Shown here: one piece after another, positions 19,015 to 29,145 of the stretch
Layout: every line of letters starts with the position of its first letter
How positions within the stretch are numbered: the stretch's first letter is position 1
NCBI GenBank assembly: GCA_018817715.1
Contig: JAHITT010000006.1
Span: 139,147 to 203,146, forward strand
DNA from: Patescibacteria group bacterium
GTDB taxonomy: Bacteria; Patescibacteriota; Patescibacteriia; Veblenbacterales; UBA10138
Reading direction: 5' to 3'
DNA: 64,000 nucleotides
Position numbers and translations under genes: made by a program
Notes under the pieces: generated by a model
Seen by the model: only the letters and a program-made list of their open reading frames with translations
Databases searched by the model: none
What the model was told of the DNA's origin: nothing

Positions 19015-20265
19015 TTATTCGTAACGTAAAGCTGTTATGGGATCTAACTTAGCAGCTCGCCTGGCAGGATAATAACCAAAAGCCAAACCAATTGATAAAC
19101 CCACCAACAAAGCAACTATGACAGATAGTGGTGACACAATAAACGCCCAATCATAATTAAGAGCTTTAACCACTACTGTGATCAAACCAGATAAGATAGC
19201 TCCGCCCAAAATACCCAAAGTTGAACCGATTAAAGTAATAATTATAGTTTCCAACAAAAATTGATTTTGAATACTAGAATTGGTAGCGCCAACCGCCTTC
19301 CTTAAACCAATCTCCTTGATTCGTTCGGTAATGGCCACCAACATTATATTCATAATACCAATACCACCAACTAATAACGAAATGGCAGCAATGGCTGCCA
19401 AAAAATAACGAAAAGCATCGGTAATACTTTTAAGCATGTCCACTGCCTGAGCCATAGATCGAACGGAAAAATCTTCCTCATCAGCTGTATCTATTTTATG
19501 CTGAGCGTTTAAAACTTGTTTTACGCCAGCCATTGCCGAATCTAAATAAACAGGATCACCTAACTTAGCCCTGATTAAAGACAAATGACGCCAACCCAAC
19601 ATTATTTTTTGAGCTGTTTGCAAAGGTATAATTACTTGATCATCTTGGTTACTAAAACCAGCTGAACCTCTTTTTTCTAAATAACCAATAACTTTAAAGG
19701 ACTCTTTTTTAATCTTAATAGTTTTACCTATGGGATCATCACCTTGGAATAACTCCTCCACTATGCCACTACCTAAAATAGCCACCCGGGCCAAACCACC
19801 ATCTTCTTCCGGTGTAAAAAAACGACCAGCCACTAAAGTAATATTTTCTACTTGAGGAAAAGATGGTGAAACACCCATGTAAGTTCCGCCCTCAATCACT
19901 CTATTCTCATAAGTCATTTTACCCAAACCGCTGGCATAACCGGAGATGGCTTGTAAATGTAAAGATTGAGCATTGTTTTCCAAAGCTTTAATATCGTCAT
20001 TAATTAAAGTTTTAACCTGAATGCCAAAAACCGAAGCTGGCGGACCGCTGGCATCGGAAGCCCCGGGTAACACCGCTATTAAATCGCTACCCACTCGGTT
20101 AACTTGAGATAAAATTAAAACCTGAGCACCAGCGCCAACCGATATAATAAGCACTACTGAACCTATACCAATAATAAGTCCAAGCATGGTTAAAAAAGAG
20201 CGCAACGGATTGCCCAATAAATTAGCTAAAGTAAGTTTTAAAGTATTACGTGCTTCCATTAGCAA
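19015..20265 (-). CDS. ABC transporter permease (MacB/FtsX family)
   Basis: RSFLTMLGLIIGIGSV, GGIGIMNIMLV..TERIKEIGLRKAVGA, YPARRAAKLDPI. Confidence 0.93.
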   Translation of the reverse strand: MLMEARNTLKLTLANLLGNPLRSFLTMLGLIIGIGSVVLIISVGAGAQVLILSQVNRVGSDLIAVLPGASDASGPPASVFGIQVKTLINDDIKALENNAQSLHLQAISGYASGLGKMTYENRVIEGGTYMGVSPSFPQVENITLVAGRFFTPEEDGGLARVAILGSGIVEELFQGDDPIGKTIKIKKESFKVIGYLEKRGSAGFSNQDDQVIIPLQTAQKIMLGWRHLSLIRAKLGDPVYLDSAMAGVKQVLNAQHKIDTADEEDFSVRSMAQAVDMLKSITDAFRYFLAAIAAISLLVGGIGIMNIMLVAITERIKEIGLRKAVGATNSSIQNQFLLETIIITLIGSTLGILGGAILSGLITVVVKALNYDWAFIVSPLSVIVALLVGLSIGLAFGYYPARRAAKLDPITALRYE

Positions 20266-20274
20266 TAATTAAAG

Positions 20275-21000
20275 CTATTTAAGCTGACCGTTGATAGCTG
20301 ATTGTCTAACTTGTTCTGGCACAACCTCGTCTGACTCAATTAAACCATCTTTAATCCGTAAAATCCTACGAGCATAATCAGCTGTATTTTTTTCATGAGT
20401 AACTAGAATAATAGTTTTACCTCGCTGATTCAGATCATCCAGAATTTTCATTATCTGAAGACCTGATTTAGAATCTAAATTACCTGTTGGCTCATCGGCA
20501 AAAATAACTGAAGGGTCGTTAACCAAAGCTCGAGCAATAGCCACCCGCTGCTTTTCGCCACCTGATAATTGATTGGATAAATAATCCAAACGATGCGTTA
20601 AACCAACCGCCTCAATGGCTTGTTTGACTAGTTCATCTTTTTTGGATTCTGGCATAGTCACATAAAGCAGGGGTAACCTGACATTTTGCAAAACCGAAGT
20701 TTTAGATAAAAGATTAAATTGCTGAAAAACAAAACCTACTTTAGTAGAACGCATAAAAGCCAATTCATCTTCGCTTAAGGTATCCACTTCCTTACCTTCA
20801 AACCAATATTGTCCACTAGTTAAGCGATCCAAAAAACCTAAGATATGCATTAAGGTTGATTTACCTGAACCAGAAGGGCCCATAATAGAAACAAACTCCC
20901 CGGCCTGCAAAGTAAAAGAGACTCCATGCAAAACCGGTGTGGCCACACCCTCATTTTCGTAAATTTTTTTTAAGTCTTTAACTGTAATTAAATCAGACAT
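20275..21000 (-). CDS. ABC transporter ATP-binding protein (MacB/LolD type)
   Basis: [36 protein letters not shown]. Confidence 0.96.
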   Translation of the reverse strand: MSDLITVKDLKKIYENEGVATPVLHGVSFTLQAGEFVSIMGPSGSGKSTLMHILGFLDRLTSGQYWFEGKEVDTLSEDELAFMRSTKVGFVFQQFNLLSKTSVLQNVRLPLLYVTMPESKKDELVKQAIEAVGLTHRLDYLSNQLSGGEKQRVAIARALVNDPSVIFADEPTGNLDSKSGLQIMKILDDLNQRGKTIILVTHEKNTADYARRILRIKDGLIESDEVVPEQVRQSAINGQLK

Positions 21001-21001
21001 G

Positions 21002-22570
21002 TTATTTAGAACCGTTAGATTTAAAAGTTATAATTGCCTCCCCATCCTTTAAACCTTCTTTAATTTCCACTAAACCATCATCACCCTTTAAACCTATAAC
21101 TACATTTTTTCTTACCAACTCATTATTAAGTAAAACTTCTACATAAACTTGACCACTATCATACCTAACAGCCCGCAAAGGCACCACCAAAACATCTTTA
21201 ACCTCCGCCGACATTATATCTAGATTTGCCGTCATGCCAGGTTTAATTCTATCATCTTGAGCATCATCAAAAGTTACTGTAACTTCATAATAAACAACGT
21301 CTTGTATGACCGTAGCCGCTGGATCAATAAAAGCAATATGGCTACTAAAATGCTCACTGCTACCAAAAGCGTCTAAAGTAATATCAACTGGTTGACCGAT
21401 TTTTAATTTAGCAATATCTGATTCAGGAACCTGAACTTTAATTTCTGTTTGGCTATCGGTTAATAAAACCGCCACAGCCGAAGACAAAGAAGTTGTTTCC
21501 CCTATTTCATAATTGACTCTAGTAATGGTGCCATTAACCGGCGTCGTAAGATAACGATCACTTAAATTATTTTGCGCTTGAACCAAAGTAGCCCGAGCAG
21601 CTGCCACCTGTGCTTCAACATTTAATATATCATAACTCCTAGGTGGCGCTGTTTTAAAATTAAAATTAGCTTTAGCTTGAACTAAAACTTGTTCAGCGGT
21701 TTTAATCACTGCCTCAGCCGTATCTATTTGCTGCAGTTTATTAACCAAAGCCGCTTCATAAGCCGCCTTATAAGTAGTATAAGAAGCAGCTGAAGTATTT
21801 GGTATATCTATGGTCCAAGTATCACCAGTTGCCAAAACACCAGTAGATGAAAACTGCAAACGCAAACCTAATACACCAATTGGTGTTGAAGTAGTATAAC
21901 TACCTTCTTGATAATCATTTTCCAAACCATACACCGAATAGGCCAAATTAGAACGATTATCAAACCTAATAGTGTAAGTACCAAAATTAGTTCCCTGATA
22001 AGTACCACTTAAAGTAAAGCTACCTGTGGAGATATTGGTTCTAGCTGGTATAGCTTGTGGTGTTAAACCAACCAACTGAGCTAAAGCATTAGCCACTGCC
22101 CGATCTTGACTGGCTTTAATATTTATTAAAGATTGCTTAGCATTATTTAAAGTGGTTTCGGCCGCTGACACCCCAGCCTGACTAACCGCCACATCCTCAT
22201 CTTGAGCACCAGCCTTTAATTTGGCTAAATTAGCCTCGGCTGATTTTAAATTAGCTTGAGCTGTTAATACCGAAGCTGCTGCATCCTTACTGTCCAAACG
22301 AGCTATTACGGTATTGGCTTTAACCTTATCGCCCACCTTAACCATTAAAGAAGTTAATCGTCCAGGTGCTTTAAAATTCAAATTCACTTGTTCGGCGGCT
22401 TTAACTGTACCGGTCACCGAAACAGTCTGTTTTAAATCTTGTTGCTTAACTGTTTCCGTAGTATATTTGGGCTTGGCTTGTTGATTACGACTATAAAACA
22501 CCAAACCAACTATTATTAACACCAACAAAACAGGAATCCAAACTTTTTTGAGCTTTAATATTTTCCACAT
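21002..22570 (-). CDS. Efflux periplasmic adaptor / membrane fusion protein (MacA/HlyD-like)
   Basis: N-terminal TM, SVTGTV, lipoyl-like halves (VKVGDKV; PVNGTI), long coiled coil, VPESDI, IKPGMTA. Confidence 0.9.
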   Translation of the reverse strand: MWKILKLKKVWIPVLLVLIIVGLVFYSRNQQAKPKYTTETVKQQDLKQTVSVTGTVKAAEQVNLNFKAPGRLTSLMVKVGDKVKANTVIARLDSKDAAASVLTAQANLKSAEANLAKLKAGAQDEDVAVSQAGVSAAETTLNNAKQSLINIKASQDRAVANALAQLVGLTPQAIPARTNISTGSFTLSGTYQGTNFGTYTIRFDNRSNLAYSVYGLENDYQEGSYTTSTPIGVLGLRLQFSSTGVLATGDTWTIDIPNTSAASYTTYKAAYEAALVNKLQQIDTAEAVIKTAEQVLVQAKANFNFKTAPPRSYDILNVEAQVAAARATLVQAQNNLSDRYLTTPVNGTITRVNYEIGETTSLSSAVAVLLTDSQTEIKVQVPESDIAKLKIGQPVDITLDAFGSSEHFSSHIAFIDPAATVIQDVVYYEVTVTFDDAQDDRIKPGMTANLDIMSAEVKDVLVVPLRAVRYDSGQVYVEVLLNNELVRKNVVIGLKGDDGLVEIKEGLKDGEAIITFKSNGSK

Positions 22571-22582
22571 AGTATATTTAAA

Positions 22583-22915
22583 TTAAAATTTATTTTTTTT
22601 ATTAGTAAAAGAGGATAAATGCCGGGTAAATTCTACCAGCATATCCTCCAGGTCGTCCATTTTAAAAATAGCCGCTACTTTACGCATTTTTACAAAAATC
22701 ATCAATTTTTGACCAACTTTTATATCCATAGCCTTCCTAATATCAGCTGGTATAACAATTTGGCCTCTTTGACCGACTGTTACAGTATTAAAAAATTCAA
22801 AATTACCAGGCAACAAACTTTTTAAATCACCAACCGCCTTGGACTTAGTTAAATTTTTTATTTTCTTATTAGTATTTTTAATAGATAAATTCTTTGATTT
22901 TGTAAATGTTTTCAT
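22583..22915 (-). CDS. AbrB/MazE/SpoVT family DNA-binding protein
   Basis: TVTVGQRGQIVIPADIRKAMDIKVGQKL. Confidence 0.88.
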   Translation of the reverse strand: MKTFTKSKNLSIKNTNKKIKNLTKSKAVGDLKSLLPGNFEFFNTVTVGQRGQIVIPADIRKAMDIKVGQKLMIFVKMRKVAAIFKMDDLEDMLVEFTRHLSSFTNKKNKF

Positions 22916-22940
22916 AAGTTTATAAAAACTGATTATACAG

Positions 22941-22995
22941 ATAAGTATGAAAATTCATACTTATTAATAATAGCATACTTTTATAAATAAGTCAA
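22941..22995 (-). promoter_or_regulatory. Promoter and palindromic operator of the abrB-ABC operon
   Basis: TTGACT-17-TATTAT (extended TG) at 22995-22967, followed by ATAAGTATGAA-N2-TTCATACTTAT at 22941-22964. Confidence 0.75.
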
Positions 22996-22999
22996 CCTG

Positions 23000-24040
23000 T
23001 TACCTAATAAACATACCGTCTCCAAAAGAAAAAAAACGCATTTTTTTCTTAATAGCTTTTTGATAAATACTTAAAAGTCTTTTACGACCTATTAAAGCTG
23101 CCACTAACATCATTAAGCTGGAAGATGGCACATGAAAATTAGTAATTAAACAATCAACAATATGAAATCTATACCCCGGACTAATAAAAAGTTGGGTTGA
23201 ACCTTGCTTATTCAAACAGTCAGCTTGCTGATTAAAAGCCGATTCCAAAGTCCGTACCACTGTCGTACCTATGGCCACAACCTTATCTCCCCGCTTTTTA
23301 GCCACAGCCACAGCTTTAATCGTTTTGGCAGGAACTTGCCAAAATTCATTATGCAACTTATTTTTTCTAACCTGCCCCTCCTTCAAGGAGGCAAAAGTAC
23401 CTAAATTAACATGCAAAGTAACAAAACAAACTTGATGACCTTGTTTTTTTAAATTATTAAATAAACGTTTGGTAAAATGAAGCGAAGCTGTCGGAGCGGC
23501 TATTGAACCAAAATCTTTAGCAAAAACTGTTTGATATAAACGCCGCCTGTCTGATTCTTTAAGCCCGCTAGTTTTTAAATAAGGCGGCAAAGGCGTTAAG
23601 CCATAACGCTGTAATAAGCGATAAAATTCTTTGGCCTGACCAGGTGGTTTTAAAAAATAACTACCACCACTTTGCCTAACAACTTCAAAATAAAGTCGCT
23701 TAGTTAAACGTAATTTTTGGCCAACCAACAGCCGTCTATCGGACATAACTTCAACCAAACCAACCACCGTATTTAAATAAAGAACATTAACCTTACCACC
23801 AGTCGGTTTAAATAATTCTAAACGGGCCGGTAAAACTTTAGTGTCGTTAAAAATCAGCAAAGAATTGGGTGGTAAATACTTACCTAAATTAAAAAAATAA
23901 TCAAAATTAATTTTGCTTGATTGCTTATCAAATACTAATAAACGAGCGCCGTCTCTAGGACTAACCGGACGCAAAGCCACCAAATTTTTAGGTAATTGGT
24001 AATAATAAGATTTAAGAAGTTGCTTAAAAGACTGCTTCAC
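23000..24040 (-). CDS. queA: tRNA preQ1(34) S-adenosylmethionine ribosyltransferase-isomerase
   Basis: FNDTKVLPARL, PLPPY, YQTVFA, AAPTASLHF, TLHV, GTTVVRTLES, TNFH.P.SSL, FFSFGDGM. Confidence 0.95.
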   Translation of the reverse strand: MKQSFKQLLKSYYYQLPKNLVALRPVSPRDGARLLVFDKQSSKINFDYFFNLGKYLPPNSLLIFNDTKVLPARLELFKPTGGKVNVLYLNTVVGLVEVMSDRRLLVGQKLRLTKRLYFEVVRQSGGSYFLKPPGQAKEFYRLLQRYGLTPLPPYLKTSGLKESDRRRLYQTVFAKDFGSIAAPTASLHFTKRLFNNLKKQGHQVCFVTLHVNLGTFASLKEGQVRKNKLHNEFWQVPAKTIKAVAVAKKRGDKVVAIGTTVVRTLESAFNQQADCLNKQGSTQLFISPGYRFHIVDCLITNFHVPSSSLMMLVAALIGRKRLLSIYQKAIKKKMRFFSFGDGMFIR

Positions 24041-25173
24041 AATTTTCCCGATTTAATCATTTTACGCCAACCGGCCACCACAGCATTAAAAAAATACAAA
24101 TTATGAAAAGTCAGTAAAGACAAAGCGGTTATTTCCCGAGCCCGTAATAAATGATGTATGTAAGAACGCTGATAGTCACGACAAACAAAACAACCGCATT
24201 TAGAATCTAAAGGTTTTTTGTCAGTCTGATAAATTTTTTTAAATAAATCCTTTGGGCCTTGAGTAGTAAAAGCCGTGCCATGCCTAGCATAATGAGTAGG
24301 TGTAATACAATCAAAAGTATCTACACCGGCTTTAATAAGTATGGGTATATCAGCCAAATGGCCAATACCTAAAAGATGTCGCGGTTTACTGTCGGGTAAT
24401 TCTTTGATTACTAAATCTAACGTTTTAGCCATATTAGTTTTATGGCTACCAAATTCACCACCAATACCAAAACCGTCAAAAGGTAACTTGGACATAAACT
24501 TGGCGCTAGTGGAACGTAGTTTAGTGTAAGCCCCGCCTTGAACTATGCCATATAATAACTGCTGATTATTTTTGGTTTTTAAACAAACCTTGGCCCAACG
24601 ATGCGTTCGCGCCATAGCTTCCTTGGTATAATTATAATCCGCCAAAGGCGGTGGACACTCGTCAAAATTAAATACAATATCAGCGCCTAATTGTTTTTGT
24701 ATTTTCATTGATTCCGTAGGCCCAATAAAAATCTTTCGACCGTCAATGTGCGATCTAAATTCCACCCCTTGTTCGGTAATTTTTAAATTATTCGGTTGCT
24801 GACCTGATTTTACAACGGCTTTAGTTTTTTGCTTAACCACCTTATTAATTTTAAGTTCCCGACCAAAACCCAAACTAAAAACCTGAAAACCACCCGAATC
24901 AGTCATCACTGGCCCGGCCCAATTCATAAATTTATGCAAACCACCCTGTTTTTTTATAACAGCTTCACCGGGCCGCAAATGCAAATGATAGGTATTAGCA
25001 ATAAGAATCTGCGTACCCGTATCCACCACTTGTTGACTGTTTAAAGTCTTGATAGTCGCCTGGGTAGCTACTGGTACTAAACTGGGCGTCAGAACTTCAC
25101 CATGCTCGGTCATAAGTCGGCCTAAACGAGCTCGACTTTTATTGGATTTTTTTAAAATTTTTAAACCCCTCAT
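24037..25173 (-). CDS. tgt: tRNA-guanine transglycosylase
   Basis: NTYHLHLRPG, TDSGGFQVFSL, DECPP, GIVQGG, PRHLLGIG, DTFDC, CGCFVC...H zinc site. Confidence 0.95.
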   Translation of the reverse strand: MRGLKILKKSNKSRARLGRLMTEHGEVLTPSLVPVATQATIKTLNSQQVVDTGTQILIANTYHLHLRPGEAVIKKQGGLHKFMNWAGPVMTDSGGFQVFSLGFGRELKINKVVKQKTKAVVKSGQQPNNLKITEQGVEFRSHIDGRKIFIGPTESMKIQKQLGADIVFNFDECPPPLADYNYTKEAMARTHRWAKVCLKTKNNQQLLYGIVQGGAYTKLRSTSAKFMSKLPFDGFGIGGEFGSHKTNMAKTLDLVIKELPDSKPRHLLGIGHLADIPILIKAGVDTFDCITPTHYARHGTAFTTQGPKDLFKKIYQTDKKPLDSKCGCFVCRDYQRSYIHHLLRAREITALSLLTFHNLYFFNAVVAGWRKMIKSGKL

Positions 25174-25922
25174 ACTTTAAAAAACTTTTTAATTTTTTTA
25201 AACCAAACCGGCTGAATAATCAAACGAGCAGATAAATGCCCACCTCTTTTTAAAGGATAAAAATTGGCACCAATCTGTTTGACAAACTTTTTAACATCCT
25301 TAAATCTAACCACCTTATCGTCCTGACTGTGTATAATCATCAACTTTCTACCATCAATTAAAGATACTTGCTTTATAGGATTATAAAAATTACCTCTAAT
25401 TAATTTATCCCAATTAGATTTTTTTAAACGGTAACCCATACCATAAACTGCTTTAAGAAAATCATATTGTTTTTCCAACGGCTCTTCTTGACTAGGCGCT
25501 TGCCAATCTACCACTGGAGAAAAAGCCACACCAGCAGTAACCCGTTTATCTTGACTAGTTAAAATAACCGCCGAACCACCAAAACTACTACCTAATAAAA
25601 AAATTTTAGGTTTCTTAATAATATATTTTTGGCCAGTATGTAAATTCTCAATTTTTTTAAACAAACCGTCAATAACATCAATGATATCTAAATGGGGCGA
25701 CCTAGCTAATAAACTTCCGCCGCTTTCCCAACTACCCCGATACCGAGGATAAAAAACCCAATAACCCTGCTTGGAAAAAAAATCCAACAAATCATTCTTG
25801 CCAGGAACTACTGGCAAGCCATCGCACAATATTAGTACTTTATTAGATTGTTTAACTGGTAACAACCATTCAGCCACTATATCTTTCTTAAATCTGGTTC
25901 TATAGGTTCTTATTTTTTTCAC
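25170..25922 (-). CDS. Alpha/beta hydrolase (S9-like)
   Basis: YRGSWESGG, GSSFGG nucleophile elbow, IHSQDDKVV, GGH. Confidence 0.85.
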   Translation of the reverse strand: MKKIRTYRTRFKKDIVAEWLLPVKQSNKVLILCDGLPVVPGKNDLLDFFSKQGYWVFYPRYRGSWESGGSLLARSPHLDIIDVIDGLFKKIENLHTGQKYIIKKPKIFLLGSSFGGSAVILTSQDKRVTAGVAFSPVVDWQAPSQEEPLEKQYDFLKAVYGMGYRLKKSNWDKLIRGNFYNPIKQVSLIDGRKLMIIHSQDDKVVRFKDVKKFVKQIGANFYPLKRGGHLSARLIIQPVWFKKIKKFFKV

Positions 25923-25926
25923 AATT

Positions 25927-26901
25927 TTAATTAACCAATTTTGCTTTAAATTCTTCTACCAAAGGTACGGCTGTAGGTTCGGCTTCGTAAATAAGCGCCG
26001 TATAGTAAGCTAGCCAATCAGCTAAAATCAAAGAATTAAAAATTTTTTCTAAATCGTTTTGACCTGTTAATTTTATAGTAGTCACCGGCAAATCCCGATC
26101 TTCTAATATTTGAGTTAAAACAGAAATTCTTTTTTGTATTTTAAGATTATCCGCTTGGTCAACTAAAATTATAAAAAATAATTTATCTGACAAAGAACGA
26201 CTAAGATCTGTATAATCATAACCAGTCATTTCGTTATGATTGAGTTCGGGCAATAAATTATAAAAAGCCGGCACCTTGCCTGTTTCATTCAATTTTATTT
26301 TCCAATTATACGCCAAAGCATAGTTCTTAGACGAAGCATAAACAACAGGAATATGGCCCTTAAGCTCCTCAGCTAAAATTTCTCCCTGACTTTCCCAAAC
26401 CGACGGATTAAGAGTACTAGCTAATTGACTAATAGTGCTTAAAATATCTTCCTGATTAGTGGCTTTTAACATAGCTATTAAACTAAAACCCAAAGCTGAT
26501 CGTGGTTGAATTCCGGTATCGGGCAATTGGATATAAGGTAAGTTTTTTTCTTTAGCTATTTGCAAAAGCTGGCCACCAACACTAATTACCAAACAATTTA
26601 ATCCTCTATCTAAAGCCTGATTTAAACTGTCCAAAGCCTCCTCGGTGTTTCCAGAATAAGAACTTATAATAACCAAAGTTCCACTTGGTTCAACCGTTAT
26701 AAATTCCGGCAACCCATAGTCGGAATGAATTATTAAATTAAGTTGCGGCTTAATTCTTTTTAAAACATCCGCTGCTAAATGCGAACCCCCCATACCACAA
26801 ACCAAATAATTAAAAAATTGTTTTAAATCAATTTGCCCGCCTTGAATTTTTGGTTGAAAAGAAAATTGTTTGGGAAAATCCCGAATAGCTTGTTCCATCA
26901 T
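25927..26901 (-). CDS. Bifunctional phosphoglucose/phosphomannose isomerase (SIS, archaeal type)
   Basis: GMGGS, SYSGNTEE, QPR, WK.KLNETGK, PELNHNE. Confidence 0.9.
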   Translation of the reverse strand: MMEQAIRDFPKQFSFQPKIQGGQIDLKQFFNYLVCGMGGSHLAADVLKRIKPQLNLIIHSDYGLPEFITVEPSGTLVIISSYSGNTEEALDSLNQALDRGLNCLVISVGGQLLQIAKEKNLPYIQLPDTGIQPRSALGFSLIAMLKATNQEDILSTISQLASTLNPSVWESQGEILAEELKGHIPVVYASSKNYALAYNWKIKLNETGKVPAFYNLLPELNHNEMTGYDYTDLSRSLSDKLFFIILVDQADNLKIQKRISVLTQILEDRDLPVTTIKLTGQNDLEKIFNSLILADWLAYYTALIYEAEPTAVPLVEEFKAKLVN

Positions 26902-26915
26902 ATAATTTTATAAGA

Positions 26916-27836
26916 TTAACTGACTGATTGATCTTTAAAAAATTTATAAAGATGATAAAAATTAGCCGCTATAACCTGAATAGCTGCCGCCGAATTATTA
27001 TCTTTAACATATTGTTGAAGAGGTTCTTGAAAAACTGTCCGACCAACGGCAAAACCAAACCAGCCAGCCTGAGCAGCCGCTTTTAATTGATTTTCCACCT
27101 TTAACAACGGTTGATTTCTACCCAACATTATAATATTAACATTCTGACCGCCCAAACGACGAGCGGTTTGTAAAATATTTTGACAATAATCCAAACGACT
27201 GCAACCTTCCAGCTTCCAAATATCCGGTTTAACCCCGGCTTGATATAATTCTGCTAGCATTTTTACAGCCAAAAGTGGCCTAACATCTTCATCATACCTT
27301 TCTTTATCGCCTTTAACCTCCCTTAGCTGAAATTCTGTCGGAGGCACTAAAGGCTCCAGCATAAAAATATAACCGTTAGTCTGACAAAAATCCGACAATA
27401 ATTTAAGTTTCAAAGCTTGGCGCTTATTTAACTCTAAATCATCCGAAGGGTTATATTTTATTAAAGCCTTAACAATAGCTGGTTTTAACTGATTAATTTT
27501 TTCTGGCCAAGCGGCACCATAAACAAAACCAAACTCTTTAGTATTATGTTCTTCGACTCCCAAACAAACAGCCACACCGTCGCGCTGAGCAGCCTGTAAA
27601 ATAGGCTGACCAAACAATTCATCAACTATAATAGCTGAACTGGTTTGGGGAACACCTAATTGCCAAGAACGCAAAAAACCCTGATAAATTAACATCTTTA
27701 ACTCAGCTATTTTTGGTATATCTTTTTCCTCCACCACAGCCCCCGGAGCAACTACTAATTCCGTAAAGGCTGAGTAATGATCAAAGGGTAGAATGAATAA
27801 ATTATTGTAAAAACTAGCTTTTTTTAACTGATTCAT
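26916..27836 (-). CDS. DUF2090 / class I aldolase-like TIM-barrel protein
   Basis: LFILPFDH, KALIKYNP, FMLEPL, PDIWKLEG (candidate Schiff-base Lys), MLGR, GFAVGRTVF. Confidence 0.8.
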   Translation of the reverse strand: MNQLKKASFYNNLFILPFDHYSAFTELVVAPGAVVEEKDIPKIAELKMLIYQGFLRSWQLGVPQTSSAIIVDELFGQPILQAAQRDGVAVCLGVEEHNTKEFGFVYGAAWPEKINQLKPAIVKALIKYNPSDDLELNKRQALKLKLLSDFCQTNGYIFMLEPLVPPTEFQLREVKGDKERYDEDVRPLLAVKMLAELYQAGVKPDIWKLEGCSRLDYCQNILQTARRLGGQNVNIIMLGRNQPLLKVENQLKAAAQAGWFGFAVGRTVFQEPLQQYVKDNNSAAAIQVIAANFYHLYKFFKDQSVS

Positions 27837-27869
27837 AGTTTATATTCTATCATATTAATCAGCTTTATT

Positions 27870-29129
27870 CTATAAATAAAGATAAAACAAAACTATAGCC
27901 AAACTGACAAATAAAGCCAAGTAACCCAAAACTTTTACCAACCAACCATTAACATGCCCTTTGGTTAAAACTCGGTCACTAGATAAACGCAAAATAAACC
28001 AAATCAAAGGCGGTGTAATCATGGCGTAAGCAAAAGCCGTATAAATTAACATTTTTATCGGGTCAAACTTAAGAACTGCTAAAAATAAACCCAGCAAGAC
28101 AGCCAGGGCAATAGCTAAATGAAATCCCCTGGCCTGATGAAAGGGTTTAGCCATACCTTCTTGCCAACCAAATGTTTCAGATAAAATATATCCAACACTA
28201 CCAGCCAAAACTGGAATAGCCAAGAGTCCAGTACCGACAATACCGGTAGCAAAAGCTAAATAAGCCTGCTGGCCCAACAACGGCTCTAAAACCAAAGCCG
28301 CCTGGTCAAAAGTTTCTAAGGAATTTAAATTATAACGACTAGCTAAAGTAGCGGCGCTAGCTATAATAAACCACATAATCAAATTAGACAGGCTCATGCC
28401 CAAAATCGTATCCTGTCTTAAATTTTTTAATCCCTGTTTGGTAACTGTGAACCTTTTTAAAGAACGTTTAATAATCGATTCTTCCCTTTCTTCCACTTCC
28501 TCACTAGCTTGCCAAAAAAATAAATAAGGAGAAATAGTCGTGCCAAAAACAGCCGCGATGAGCATTATTTCGGTAATATTAAAATTTAATTGAGGTCTAA
28601 TGGTGTGCAGAAATAACTCCGACCAATTTAAATGAATGGATAAGGCCACAGCCACATAAAAAAATAAAGATAAGGTAAGCCACTTTAAAAAATTAGCCAG
28701 CTGCCGATAAGAAAACTTTAAAGTAAATATTATAATAACTGCCGAAGTTAAAATTATCCACAATTCCCTTGGCCAACCGACTAATCTTTCCACTACTACG
28801 CCAATGGCTAATAAATCAGCACCAATATTAAAAACAATCACAGCCACGGCCACCACAGCCACTACTTTAACTAACCAAGGATTGTATCTCCTCTTTATTA
28901 AAGACAAAAGGCCTTGACCAGTTATTAAGCCTAATCGAGCGCACATTTCTTGAACAGCCGACATTAAAGGCAGGGTTAATAAAGCCAACCATAATCCCCG
29001 CACACCCATAACAACACCTACTTGAAGATAGGTTAATATACCAGAAGGGTCGTCATCAGAAGCGCCGGTAATAATACCCGGGCCAATTTTATTCCACCAC
29101 TGGCGCCAAGTTCTGCTTTTATCAGCCAT
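27870..29129 (-). CDS. Nramp-family divalent metal transporter
   Basis: GPGIITGASDDDPSGI.TY.Q.G, QEMCARLG, GTTISPYLFFWQ. Confidence 0.9.
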   Translation of the reverse strand: MADKSRTWRQWWNKIGPGIITGASDDDPSGILTYLQVGVVMGVRGLWLALLTLPLMSAVQEMCARLGLITGQGLLSLIKRRYNPWLVKVVAVVAVAVIVFNIGADLLAIGVVVERLVGWPRELWIILTSAVIIIFTLKFSYRQLANFLKWLTLSLFFYVAVALSIHLNWSELFLHTIRPQLNFNITEIMLIAAVFGTTISPYLFFWQASEEVEEREESIIKRSLKRFTVTKQGLKNLRQDTILGMSLSNLIMWFIIASAATLASRYNLNSLETFDQAALVLEPLLGQQAYLAFATGIVGTGLLAIPVLAGSVGYILSETFGWQEGMAKPFHQARGFHLAIALAVLLGLFLAVLKFDPIKMLIYTAFAYAMITPPLIWFILRLSSDRVLTKGHVNGWLVKVLGYLALFVSLAIVLFYLYL

Positions 29130-29145
29130 AACCGAATAAATTAAG

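Noticed and set aside
22583-22915. MazE/VapB antitoxin of a toxin-antitoxin pair
   Set aside because: No adjacent toxin gene; the gene heads an ABC exporter operon
24037-25173. Alternative genetic code (TGA read as Gly)
   Set aside because: TGA ends genes at ATGA/GTGA overlaps and all core genes are full length under code 11
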